In this document: positions 1 through 8,513 of the stretch, one piece after another
Layout: each line of letters starts with the position of its first letter
Numbering within the stretch: the stretch's first letter is position 1
Assembly (NCBI GenBank): GCA_964652585.1
Contig: CAZZDA010000003.1
Coordinates: 1 to 46,453 of the forward strand
Reading direction: 5' to 3'
Source of the DNA: an uncultured Gammaproteobacteria bacterium
Lineage (GTDB): Bacteria; Patescibacteriota; Patescibacteriia; UBA1544
Length of the DNA: 46,453 nt
Notes under the pieces: model-generated
Told to the model about the DNA's origin: nothing
Database searches by the model: none
The model's input: only the letters and a program-made list of their open reading frames with translations
Program-made: the position numbers and the translations under genes

Positions 1-895
1 CTTTTCAAGTCGCACTGGTCAAACCAGTGGCTTACCCTTTGGGGGTGTGAGTTACGCTTCAGTATACCAATCACTTTCTTGAGTTTTCCGTTCTCTTGAT
101 GTGCTTGCGCGTACCTTTTCAATCGGAGTAGCGCGTGTTGCGCCTCATACTTTGTTGGCGCGAAGATAACCGCTTCCGTCATTACCTTGATCTGCCGGTC
201 AATCTCGTTTCTTGGTCGTACGAATGGCACGACTTGCCCCGCACGGCTGTACTTGTGAAAAGCGCAGAGTTGCAGAGGCGTATTGGAGTAGCGTTCTTGG
301 AGCAGTTTGAGAAGTCCCGGCTCTCCATCGCAGAAAAAACCTTTAGATTCAGTGATAACACGAGGTTCCGTCTCAATGATCTCTTCAAGCAATTTCTCAT
401 ACGTCTCGTGTGTTTCATCAAGCGTCACGTGATAGCCTACGAGATCCAGTGTCTTGACGTCAAAACAAATAAGAAGTACGAGATCGGTGCCATTGAGCTT
501 GAACCACGTGCCGTCCCACGCGTAGTAGCCTGAACGATAGGGTTTCAGCGCGAGCGTTACCTCGCTTGATGACGGCAAGCGGTCAGCCATCTTCTCCATA
601 TGGTCAAGGAGAATGTCTTTCGACAATACTTTCCGCTGAAACCATGCTTGGAAAATATCGCGTGTGTTCTCAAGCGACATGGAGCGAATGTACACGTACG
701 CCGCGTACTCGATCATTTCAATCGTGAACATACCAATAAGGCGCGCATTGTGCCAGACATGCGTACAAGAAGCGCAGCGGTAGGATTGATAGGGTCGTGT
801 CCTCCACCCACGCTTCTCAAAAATCTGTAAAAGAACTTTTCCCGCCCGCTTCCAATTCTCTCTACCGCACTTCCTGCAAATGTTTTTTTAGGCAT
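1..895 (-). mobile_element. Mutator/IS256-type DDE transposase with N-terminal Zn ribbon; -1 frameshift near the start; incomplete at window edge
   Basis: Hand translation of the minus frame 887->1 is open and absent from the ORF track. It reads KNICRKCG...YRCASCTH (Zn ribbon), YYAWDGTW, GFFCDGEPGL, PLQLCAFHK (MULE D..D and CxxH motifs). The ATG at 895 is in a different frame. Confidence 0.8.
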
Positions 896-1007
896 ACATG
901 AGGGTTACGATGTATCTACAAGTTATGACTATGCATAGTATACCTCATTTATTCCTAACATTGGAGAAGAATAGACCATAGCAGGTCGTGAATCTCCTAC
1001 CAGTACC

Positions 1008-1682
1008 CTAATTTTCTAAAATAAGTACACGTAACTCTTGCTCGTTCACCAAGCCATGTTTTTTTGCGGAACGTATGCGAATAAACTGTACACCGGGCTG
1101 CATTTCCAGCGTGAAAGAAAAATTACCCTGACTATCACTTATCACTTCTTGGTTATTTACCGTAACTTGTGCTTCCGAATCCGTCACGCCGCGCACCTCC
1201 ACTTGCCTATCATGTGTTATTAGATTTTCCTCAGGGCTCTCAACGGTAAGTTTTGGCGGCTGCAAACTTTGCGCTAAAGAAAAACTTAAGTAGCCAACTC
1301 CCAAAAGTACGATCACCGCAACACCCGCAAAACGCCGCAAAGTAAGTTTGTGCGACACCAAAGAAAATTCTTTCCGTTTTTTTTGTTGTGGGCGCACCAC
1401 TGCTTCCCGTTGCTGAGTATAGTGATACTGCTTTGCAAACTGCTCAAGCAACGGTTTCGGTTCAAGATTAAGATAATGAGCGTATGTCTTCAAATACTGC
1501 CTTCCATACCCTATACTGGGAATACGATGAAAATCGCCGTCTTCCAGCGCTTTGAGATATTTTTCTTGAATATGTAATTTTTCCGCAATATCCTTAATTT
1601 CTTCCTGTTTTTTCTCTCTTGACTGCTGTAATGATGGGTGAAAAGACATGGTCATATAAGAGTATACTATCATGTATTGCAT
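1008..1682 (-). CDS. RodZ-like HTH protein with TM helix and C-terminal Ig-like domain
   Basis: IAEKLHIQEKYLKALEDGDF..YGRQYLKTYAHYLNL (HTH_25), one TM segment, beta-rich tail (VRGVTD..VTVNN..GNFSF). True start is probably a downstream Met. Confidence 0.8.
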   Translation of the reverse strand: MQYMIVYSYMTMSFHPSLQQSREKKQEEIKDIAEKLHIQEKYLKALEDGDFHRIPSIGYGRQYLKTYAHYLNLEPKPLLEQFAKQYHYTQQREAVVRPQQKKRKEFSLVSHKLTLRRFAGVAVIVLLGVGYLSFSLAQSLQPPKLTVESPEENLITHDRQVEVRGVTDSEAQVTVNNQEVISDSQGNFSFTLEMQPGVQFIRIRSAKKHGLVNEQELRVLILEN

Positions 1683-1762
1683 GCCCTCACAAGAGCCTTT
1701 TTACCACGTAAAAAGGGTGTTTTGACACCCTTTTTGTTTACAAACTCTAAAATACACATTGC

Positions 1763-4210
1763 TTATATATCTATTTTCGCAAGCCGTTGCGTTGTTTTTA
1801 TCACTGTGTCGGGATTCAGCGAGATACTATCAATGCCTGCAAGAATAAGAAATTCGGCAAAATCAGGGAAGTCTGAAGGAGCTTGTCCGCAAATACCGAT
1901 CTTTGTTTTATTTTTTCTTGCCATATCAATTACCGTCGCGATCAACGTCTTGACCGCCAAATTCCGCTCATCATATACGTGGCTTACCAACTCCGAATCT
2001 CTATCCACACCAAGCGTTAATTGTGTTAAGTCATTACTGCCAATGGAAAAACCGTCAAAAATTTCAGCGAACTTATGTGCAAGTATTACATTTGAAGGAA
2101 TCTCACACATGACATATATTTCAATTTCCTGTGCATTTTTTGGAATTGCTACGCTTCTTTTAAGTCTTTTCTTGAACTTCTTGCCCACCAATCCATTCTC
2201 CGCCATAATCGTAAGCACTTTTTCACCTTCTTCCACAGTTCTACAAAATGGCACCATGAGCTTCACATTGGTTAAACCCATACCAACACGCACCTGCTGA
2301 ATTGCTTTCAGCTCCATTTCAAATGCAGGACGAAATACCGGGTCGTAGTAGCGTGAAGCACCGCGCCAGCCGATCATGGGATTGCGTTCTTCCGGCTCAT
2401 ATAACTCACCGCCGATCAATCCTGCAAATTCATTCGTACGAAAATCAATAAGCCGCAAGATAACCTCTTTCGGATAAAATGCCGCTGCAATTTGGGCTAT
2501 GCCTTGTGCTAACTTCTCAACAAAAAATTTCTGTTTATCGGTATATCCGGGTGAGACGCGATCTATCTCTTTTTGAACCGAGGTTGGCAGTTTTTTATAG
2601 TCCCGCAAAGCCAAAGGATGTGCTTTGATCGCATTGGTAATGATCAGTTCTTCGCGAGCTAATCCCACTCCGTCATTAGGTATTGCCGCTGCGGTAAATG
2701 CCAAATCAGGAGCTCCAACATTCATCATGATCTTGGTTTTTTTCGGTCGGCGAAAATCTTTGAGTGTGGTCTTGCGGAGCTTATAAGGTAAAACTCCATC
2801 GTAGACATACCCTTCATCTCCTTCCGCGCAGCTTACCGTTACTTCTTGCCCGTTTTTGAGTACTTTTGCCGCGTCACCCGTACCAACCACGCACGGAACG
2901 CCCATTTCACGCGAAACGATCGCCGCATGGCACGTACGTCCGCCGGAGTTGGTAACAATTGCAGACGCTATCTTCATTGCCGGCTCCCAATCAGGATCGG
3001 TCATCTCCGATACCAACACCTCTCCTTTTCTAAATTCATGTAATTTTTCCGCATTTTCAATAATATGCACCTTCCCTGTTCCAATTTTGCTGCCAACCGC
3101 GCTGCCGCTGGTAATAACCTCTCCCTTTTTTTCCAAAATATATTCCTCAAGTACATGCCCGCTCTTTTGCGCGTGTATAGTTTCAGGACGGGCTTGTACA
3201 ATAGAGAGCTTACCATCAACACCGTCTTTCGCCCACTCAATATCCATCGGGCGTTTGTAGTGTTTTTCTATGATCATGCCCCACTCGGCAAGCTTGATCA
3301 CCTCACGAGCGGTGAGTGCAAATCGCTCACGCTCTTTTTTAGGAACAGTAATATTTTTCGTAAAATCTTTTGCACCTTTCGCATAGACCATGCGCAATTC
3401 TTTCGTACCAAGCGTTCGTACAATAATTGGATTGATCTTTTTATTCGTTTGATACTGCTTGAGCGTTGGTTTGAACACAATGGATTCGTCCGGCGTTACC
3501 ACGCCTTTGACAATATTTTCACCAAGTCCATAAGAAGAATTAACCAAAATAGCATCACGAAAACCTGATTCAGTATCAAGCGTGAACATAACGCCGGACG
3601 CCGCTTTATCAGATCGCACCATTTTTTGCACACCAATAGAAAGTCCTATATTGAAGTGATTGAAATTTTTGTCCTCCCGGTATGATATTGCTCTATCCGT
3701 AAACAACGATGCCATGCATTTTTTACACGCCTCCAAAAGAGCTTTGGTATCTGTAATATTCAAATAGGTTTCCTGTTGCCCCGCAAAACTCGCGTCAGGC
3801 AGATCTTCGGCGGTCGCGGAAGATCGTACCGCAACATCCGCATTCTTTACGCTATAATCAGAGCTTAACACGCGATACGATTCAATAATCGCTTCTTCAA
3901 GTTCTTTGGGAAATTTAGCGCGTAAAATAATTGCTCGTACTTTTCTCCCCCGCTCCTGTAAATTGCGAATGTCATGGGTATTTAGATCTTTGAGTACATC
4001 TTTGATAGCTTTTTTAATACCCGCTTTTTCAAGAAAATAGTAGTATGAGTACGCGGTTACCGCATAGCCATTTGGCACCCGCACGCCTTTTTTTGTAAGA
4101 TTGCGATACATCTCACCCAATGAGGCGTTTTTTCCACCGACCAATGGTATATCCTTGATACCGAGTTCATTAAAAGGCAATACAAAAGCTTCTTTACGAT
4201 TTTTTGGCAT
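1763..4210 (-). CDS. ppsA: phosphoenolpyruvate synthase
   Basis: VGGKNASLGEM, VAVRSSATAEDLPDASFAGQQET, phospho-His GGRTCHAAI, GFSIGSNDLTQL, IGICGQAPSD. Confidence 0.97.
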   Translation of the reverse strand: MPKNRKEAFVLPFNELGIKDIPLVGGKNASLGEMYRNLTKKGVRVPNGYAVTAYSYYYFLEKAGIKKAIKDVLKDLNTHDIRNLQERGRKVRAIILRAKFPKELEEAIIESYRVLSSDYSVKNADVAVRSSATAEDLPDASFAGQQETYLNITDTKALLEACKKCMASLFTDRAISYREDKNFNHFNIGLSIGVQKMVRSDKAASGVMFTLDTESGFRDAILVNSSYGLGENIVKGVVTPDESIVFKPTLKQYQTNKKINPIIVRTLGTKELRMVYAKGAKDFTKNITVPKKERERFALTAREVIKLAEWGMIIEKHYKRPMDIEWAKDGVDGKLSIVQARPETIHAQKSGHVLEEYILEKKGEVITSGSAVGSKIGTGKVHIIENAEKLHEFRKGEVLVSEMTDPDWEPAMKIASAIVTNSGGRTCHAAIVSREMGVPCVVGTGDAAKVLKNGQEVTVSCAEGDEGYVYDGVLPYKLRKTTLKDFRRPKKTKIMMNVGAPDLAFTAAAIPNDGVGLAREELIITNAIKAHPLALRDYKKLPTSVQKEIDRVSPGYTDKQKFFVEKLAQGIAQIAAAFYPKEVILRLIDFRTNEFAGLIGGELYEPEERNPMIGWRGASRYYDPVFRPAFEMELKAIQQVRVGMGLTNVKLMVPFCRTVEEGEKVLTIMAENGLVGKKFKKRLKRSVAIPKNAQEIEIYVMCEIPSNVILAHKFAEIFDGFSIGSNDLTQLTLGVDRDSELVSHVYDERNLAVKTLIATVIDMARKNKTKIGICGQAPSDFPDFAEFLILAGIDSISLNPDTVIKTTQRLAKIDI

Positions 4211-4248
4211 AGGAAAAATAATGCAAAAGTATAAGTAAAATTCTCATT

Positions 4249-4341
4249 TGTCATTTCGAGCGCGTGCAACAAGCCGAGAAATCCCTTGATTTGAAATAAG
4301 AGATTTCTCCACTTCGCTCACTCGCTTCGGTCGAAATGACA
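4249..4341. repeat. palindromic GTCATT...AATGAC-type intergenic element
   Basis: 11-bp terminal inverted repeat TGTCATTTCGA/TCGAAATGACA and an inner GAGAAATC/GATTTCTC stem. Confidence 0.8.
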
Positions 4342-4358
4342 TTGTTGTTGGTTGTAGG

Positions 4359-4697
4359 TTATAAGTTAATTTTTTTCGCCCACTCACCAACATAGGGCAC
4401 TTCCCACCATTCGCCCATAAGCGCATTCGCAAAACCGACAATGCTCATAACAAAAATGGCAAGACTTCCTACCATAAACACAAGCCATCCAAGTATGGGG
4501 ATAATACCGATGACAAGCAAAGCTATCCAGCACCCGACAAGTACGAGGCCTTGTTTTGCATGATATTGCGCAAAGGCGCTTTCTCTCTTAAAGAGAAGCG
4601 GGAGAAGACAAAGGATGGAGAGATAGCCGACCGCGGCGATCGCGCGATTCTGCTCTACATCTTGATCCTTGCCCGATTTTTTTTTGATCTGCGGCAT
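4359..4697 (-). CDS. DUF4870 (Tic20-like) small membrane protein
   Basis: AAVGYLSILCLLPL..FAQYHAKQGL..GIIPILGW..A..G.W.EVPYVG pattern. Confidence 0.8.
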   Translation of the reverse strand: MPQIKKKSGKDQDVEQNRAIAAVGYLSILCLLPLLFKRESAFAQYHAKQGLVLVGCWIALLVIGIIPILGWLVFMVGSLAIFVMSIVGFANALMGEWWEVPYVGEWAKKINL

Positions 4698-4810
4698 AGG
4701 GGAAAATGAGTTAAAAAATTAAGCGTAGTATAGTATAGAGTATAAAGTGAAAAATTAATTTTGCATTTTGCGCTTTTAACTGATTTCATTGTACCACACC
4801 TTCCAAACTA

Positions 4811-4838
4811 TTGACAATGAGTATGGTTATGCTATACT
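4811..4838 (+). promoter_or_regulatory. sigma70 promoter with extended -10
   Basis: TTGACA 4811-4816, 16-bp spacer, TGc-TATACT 4830-4838; no credible CDS downstream. Confidence 0.7.
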
Positions 4839-4844
4839 ATATAC

Positions 4845-4908
4845 ACGTCAACCACGAATTGCAGTTGTGACCCCGAAAGTTCGAGACTATGTTTCGAACT
4901 TTCTTTTT
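4845..4908 (+). ncRNA. putative ~63-nt sRNA ending in an intrinsic terminator
   Basis: Follows the promoter. 13-bp stem 4875-4887/4891-4903 plus TTTTT. Bases 4846-4862 are the exact reverse complement of 4965-4981. Confidence 0.5.
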
Positions 4909-4934
4909 GTTTCCATGCGTGATAGTATACATGT

Positions 4935-5017
4935 CGTGGAGTTCAAGGGGCTGCCGTTGGTACGGCAATTCGTGGTTGACGCTCGAATTGAGGTGTTCAA
5001 TTCCCCTTGGCTCCACG
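4935..5017 (+). ncRNA. putative structured tRNA-like RNA
   Basis: Preceded by TGa-TAGTAT (4920-4928). A cloverleaf can be drawn for 4947-5015 with a TTCAATT T-loop; an alternative long stem pairs 4935-4950 with 5003-5017. Confidence 0.4.
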
Positions 5018-5057
5018 TTGAGCCTGATTAATTCAAAAATTCGCCCAGATTTATCAT

Positions 5058-5092
5058 AGACACCCGACGTCCTCTTGAGACGTCGGGTGTCT
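5058..5092. terminator. 14-bp GC-rich hairpin (REP-like) downstream of galT
   Basis: AGACACCCGACGTC/GACGTCGGGTGTCT; near-identical copy at 30030-30062. Confidence 0.7.
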
Positions 5093-5101
5093 GCGTAGTA
5101 T

Positions 5102-6034
5102 TTACTTTGGCAAGTCGCCTTTCCTATAAAACTTCGCGGCGTCCTCCGGTGCAATAGGGTTGATGATCAGTCCGGAGCCGATCTCTACTCCCGCCCAAAC
5201 GCTGCCGCGAGGCTTTACTTTTAAATAGAGGTGCTGGTCTTCATCGTGAATGACTTGATGAAAATAAAAATTATACGGCAAATGGAGATCGGTAATCTTC
5301 TGTAAAGCATATTTTAAAATTTTTGCCATTGATCGCCGCTCACCTGCGGTTAAGACCGTCACGTTATCCAAATGCCGCTTGGGCATGATCCATACCTCAT
5401 AATTATGCATACTCGCATACGGTGTAAAGGCAATAACATCTTTGTCTTCCCATACCAAACGAGGTCCCTCCTTCTCTTTTGCGATCACATCGCAATAGAC
5501 ACATCTCCCCGTCTCTAACTTATACTCCTGCACTTTTTGCGATTTATCTTTTAGGTGCGGTGGCAAAAATTCTGTCGCGAAAATTTGTGAGTGCGCATGT
5601 TGGAGCGACGCACCTGCTTTTCCGCCATTGTTCTTAAAAATAAGAATGTATTCAATTTTTTTATCGCGTGTTATAGCGCGTGTCCTTTCAGCATACACTT
5701 CAAAAATATGACCGATGTGCGCAACTGAGAGATCGTCCAGCTCTTTGATGTGGTTCGGTGTTTCAACTACCACCTCTTGTGTCCCATATGCTTTGGAGTT
5801 CTCTTTTGAAACTGCCGGGAAGATATTGGCAATAGATTTCACCTGCCACTTTTTTTGCGAACCATAGGTTGCGAGTGCCTTGACGTTTTTCAGCTGTTCG
5901 GGGCAAAAATGACATACCTGCCGCTCAGTTCCATGCACTTCCATACGCTCAAACTCACGCGGACGCTTCCCGCGCCGCGGTGATATGATCACGTATTTTT
6001 CTTGGATATAGTCTTTGCGTATTTCTGATTTCAT
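5102..6034 (-). CDS. galT: GalT-like HIT-family nucleotidyltransferase (galactose-1-P uridylyltransferase / ADP-glucose phosphorylase-like)
   Basis: SPRRGKRP, CHFCP, NIFPA, FKNNGGKAGASLQHAHSQ (HxHxQ), CVYCD, AGVEIGSGLIINP. Start taken at MKSEIR because a -10 box lies at 6049-6057. Confidence 0.85.
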   Translation of the reverse strand: MKSEIRKDYIQEKYVIISPRRGKRPREFERMEVHGTERQVCHFCPEQLKNVKALATYGSQKKWQVKSIANIFPAVSKENSKAYGTQEVVVETPNHIKELDDLSVAHIGHIFEVYAERTRAITRDKKIEYILIFKNNGGKAGASLQHAHSQIFATEFLPPHLKDKSQKVQEYKLETGRCVYCDVIAKEKEGPRLVWEDKDVIAFTPYASMHNYEVWIMPKRHLDNVTVLTAGERRSMAKILKYALQKITDLHLPYNFYFHQVIHDEDQHLYLKVKPRGSVWAGVEIGSGLIINPIAPEDAAKFYRKGDLPK

Positions 6035-6062
6035 AGTGCAATGTCTATAGTATAGCACGCTT

Positions 6063-7538
6063 TTATTCTTTCATTAACGCCTTATACAATTTCATATATT
6101 CTTTCGCTGATCTGTTCCATGAATAATCCCCTGTCATGCCATTGCGTATGATCTTTTGCCATGCCTTCGGCTGTTCATCATATACTTTTAATGCTTGAGA
6201 AAGAGAACGTTTGAAACTTGCAGCTGTCGGCATCGTAAAGAGAAAGCCATTGGCACGACTATTCGGATGAGAACGAATAGTATCCGCAAGCCCACCGGTT
6301 TTTCGCGCAATAGGAACACTGCCATAGCGCATAGCGATCATCTGCCCTAAGCCGCACGGCTCATAGCGCGACGGCATCAAAAACATGTCAGACCCCGCAT
6401 AAATCCCTCGCGCTAACGCAGCGCTAAAACCAATATGCACCGCCACATAGCCCTTATATTTTTTCCTGAGATCCAGTAATTGCCGCTCATATTTTTTAGC
6501 ACCGCTCCCAAGTACGACAATCTGCACGCCGCGGCGTACAAGCCACTCTATGTTCTCAAGTAAAAGTTCAATGCCTTTTTGATAAGCAAGTCGACCGATC
6601 ACGCCGAGCAATGGCGCTTGAACATCCGACACAAGATTCATCTCCGCCTGCAAGGATTGTTTATTTATTTTCTTTCCCCGTACAAAAGTTACTGCGTTAT
6701 ACCGACGTACAATATCAGCATCTTTATGCGGGTCAAAAACATTGGTAGGGATACCGTTTAAAATACCAGCTACTCTTTTTTTGCGAAGAAGTTTTTCCAA
6801 GTCATAGCCATAAGCGGCTGTTTGTATTTCATGTGCATGCATCGGACTGACGGTGGTGATACGATCACTGTACTCTGCGGCAATATTAAGAAAACGCATC
6901 TCACCTTTTTTTAATACCTTTTGTCGTATTTCTTTTTGCTCTGCCAAGGAAAGTCCGAGAAAATTCACTACATCACGCATATGATAGTGCCCTTGATAGC
7001 CGACATTATGAATGGTGAGTACGGTTTTTGTCTGTCGATAGTTGCTAGTACTCTTCGCAAGTTTTTGCAGTTCAAACGGTAAAAGTCCCATATGCCAATC
7101 ATGTACATGTACTACATTTGGCTGCCATGCTATTTTTTGTAATGCATGCGTTGCGGCACGGGTAAAAAATGCAAAGCGCCGTAGGCGTTTTATGTCGCTT
7201 GCAGGTGCGGTGAGTTTTTGCAAATACACATTCCCTTGTGAAAAAAAAGTGTCTTGCTCCAAAAAATAAACAGGAATTTTACTGTTCGGGAGCGTTGTTT
7301 CCCAAACAAGTACTTCGTGCGTTTTTCCGCCTGCTTCAACCTGAAATCGATGTTTTGTTCGACGCAGTTTGTGTTTTTTCGTATCAAGTACGCCATACTT
7401 CGGCAGCATGATACGCACATCTACTCCTTGTTTTTTAAGCGCATATGGCAACGAACCTACTACATCCGCCAATCCTCCTATTTTAAAAAAGGGGGAGCAT
7501 TCCGCGGCGACAAAAAGGATTGATATATTTTTCTGCAT
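6063..7538 (-). CDS. glgA: glycogen/starch synthase (GT5), copy 1
   Basis: AECSPFFKIGGLADV, HVHDWH, LTIHN, MPSRYEPCGLGQM, TGGLADT. Confidence 0.93.
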   Translation of the reverse strand: MQKNISILFVAAECSPFFKIGGLADVVGSLPYALKKQGVDVRIMLPKYGVLDTKKHKLRRTKHRFQVEAGGKTHEVLVWETTLPNSKIPVYFLEQDTFFSQGNVYLQKLTAPASDIKRLRRFAFFTRAATHALQKIAWQPNVVHVHDWHMGLLPFELQKLAKSTSNYRQTKTVLTIHNVGYQGHYHMRDVVNFLGLSLAEQKEIRQKVLKKGEMRFLNIAAEYSDRITTVSPMHAHEIQTAAYGYDLEKLLRKKRVAGILNGIPTNVFDPHKDADIVRRYNAVTFVRGKKINKQSLQAEMNLVSDVQAPLLGVIGRLAYQKGIELLLENIEWLVRRGVQIVVLGSGAKKYERQLLDLRKKYKGYVAVHIGFSAALARGIYAGSDMFLMPSRYEPCGLGQMIAMRYGSVPIARKTGGLADTIRSHPNSRANGFLFTMPTAASFKRSLSQALKVYDEQPKAWQKIIRNGMTGDYSWNRSAKEYMKLYKALMKE

Positions 7539-7541
7539 AGG

Positions 7542-8429
7542 CTACCTTTTTGAGATTTTTTCTAAAAATGGTTTTACTACACTCTTTGGAACCCGAAAAT
7601 ACTCCCCGGCACTTCCTAAAAATTCAGGATGACGACGATAGGTTGCTTCTACATGATAATCCGTACCTCCCGTTGCAAGCAAACGAAGGCTCTGCGCCAC
7701 TGATTGATAATGCGCCACCTGATGCCAATTATGATACGGCGAATATACTTCTAATCCTTGCAGTCCCATAGCTTTAAACTGTGCAATCACCTTGTCATTA
7801 CTCCAACTAAAATGATGTCCCGGATGTGCAAGAGAGGTTATCGCTCCCGCACGCCACAAAAGTCCTATAGCCTCACGCACAGGCAGCGATGTTTCTTCAA
7901 GCGTTGAATTTCTCTTTCCCCGAAAATAACGATTGATCAGCGTAAAAAAATCAGGCAACCCTGAATCAAGTCGAAAATCAGCACGAATTTTTTTTCGATT
8001 ATGGGGTGAACGCGTTAGTTCGTGGATAATTTTCCCAAAACCAATATATTGAGACGGTGTGTCAAATAGCCGCTCCGCGTTATAGATAAAGCCGCTGGCT
8101 TTCAATGCGGTAAGCGATTTATGAATTGCAGCTACACGCCGTTTGTGCAACCGTTCAAGCGCAACTAACAATTCTTCATGCCGCATATCAAATCCATATC
8201 CTAAAACATGGAGACGAAATCGCCGATATCTCGCGTACAGCTCAATACCGGGAATAAAGGCGATGCCGGACTTTCTTGCCTCATGGCGCATCTCTGGGAC
8301 GCCCGCAATGGTGTTATGATCGGTAAGCGCAAGAGTGGTAATGGAAAGACGCTTTGCACGCGCGCAAATTTCCTTTGGGCTATGTTCACCATCCGAGTAA
8401 TGGCTATGGCAATGGAGATCTACGTACAT
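7542..8429 (-). CDS. PHP-domain phosphoesterase (TrpH/YciV-like)
   Basis: DLHCHSHYSDG, ALTDHN, PGIE, AHP, TGGTDYH. Confidence 0.9.
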   Translation of the reverse strand: MYVDLHCHSHYSDGEHSPKEICARAKRLSITTLALTDHNTIAGVPEMRHEARKSGIAFIPGIELYARYRRFRLHVLGYGFDMRHEELLVALERLHKRRVAAIHKSLTALKASGFIYNAERLFDTPSQYIGFGKIIHELTRSPHNRKKIRADFRLDSGLPDFFTLINRYFRGKRNSTLEETSLPVREAIGLLWRAGAITSLAHPGHHFSWSNDKVIAQFKAMGLQGLEVYSPYHNWHQVAHYQSVAQSLRLLATGGTDYHVEATYRRHPEFLGSAGEYFRVPKSVVKPFLEKISKR

Positions 8430-8445
8430 TTCTCTTGGAGCTCGT

Positions 8446-8513
8446 AACTTGAAACCCGTAACGTAAGAGAGGTTATGAGTTATGAGTTATGAGTTATGAG
8501 TTATGAGTTATGA
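8446..8513. repeat. intergenic repeat cassette with six GTTATGA heptamers
   Basis: (GTTATGA)x6 at 8472-8513; 8446-8498 is identical to 11154-11206. Confidence 0.9.

Noticed and set aside
135-830. Plus-strand ORFs 135-533 and 600-830
   Set aside because: Antisense shadows of the minus-strand transposase, which carries the recognisable motifs
1638-2300. 220-aa plus-strand ORF
   Set aside because: Antisense to the conserved ppsA 3' end; no motifs
4845-5017. RNase P, SRP, 6S or complete tmRNA gene
   Set aside because: No GAGGAAAGUCC P4 strand, no SRP GGAA/GCAGC loop, no single 6S-like rod, and no room for a tmRNA tag-reading frame
4789-5154. ORFs 4789-5031 (+), 4837-5154 (-) and a 42-codon ORF from 4931
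   Set aside because: They run through promoter and terminator signals, lack an SD and show no protein features. A peptide cannot be fully excluded.
8472-8513. CRISPR array
   Set aside because: Contiguous 7-mers without spacers; no cas genes in the window
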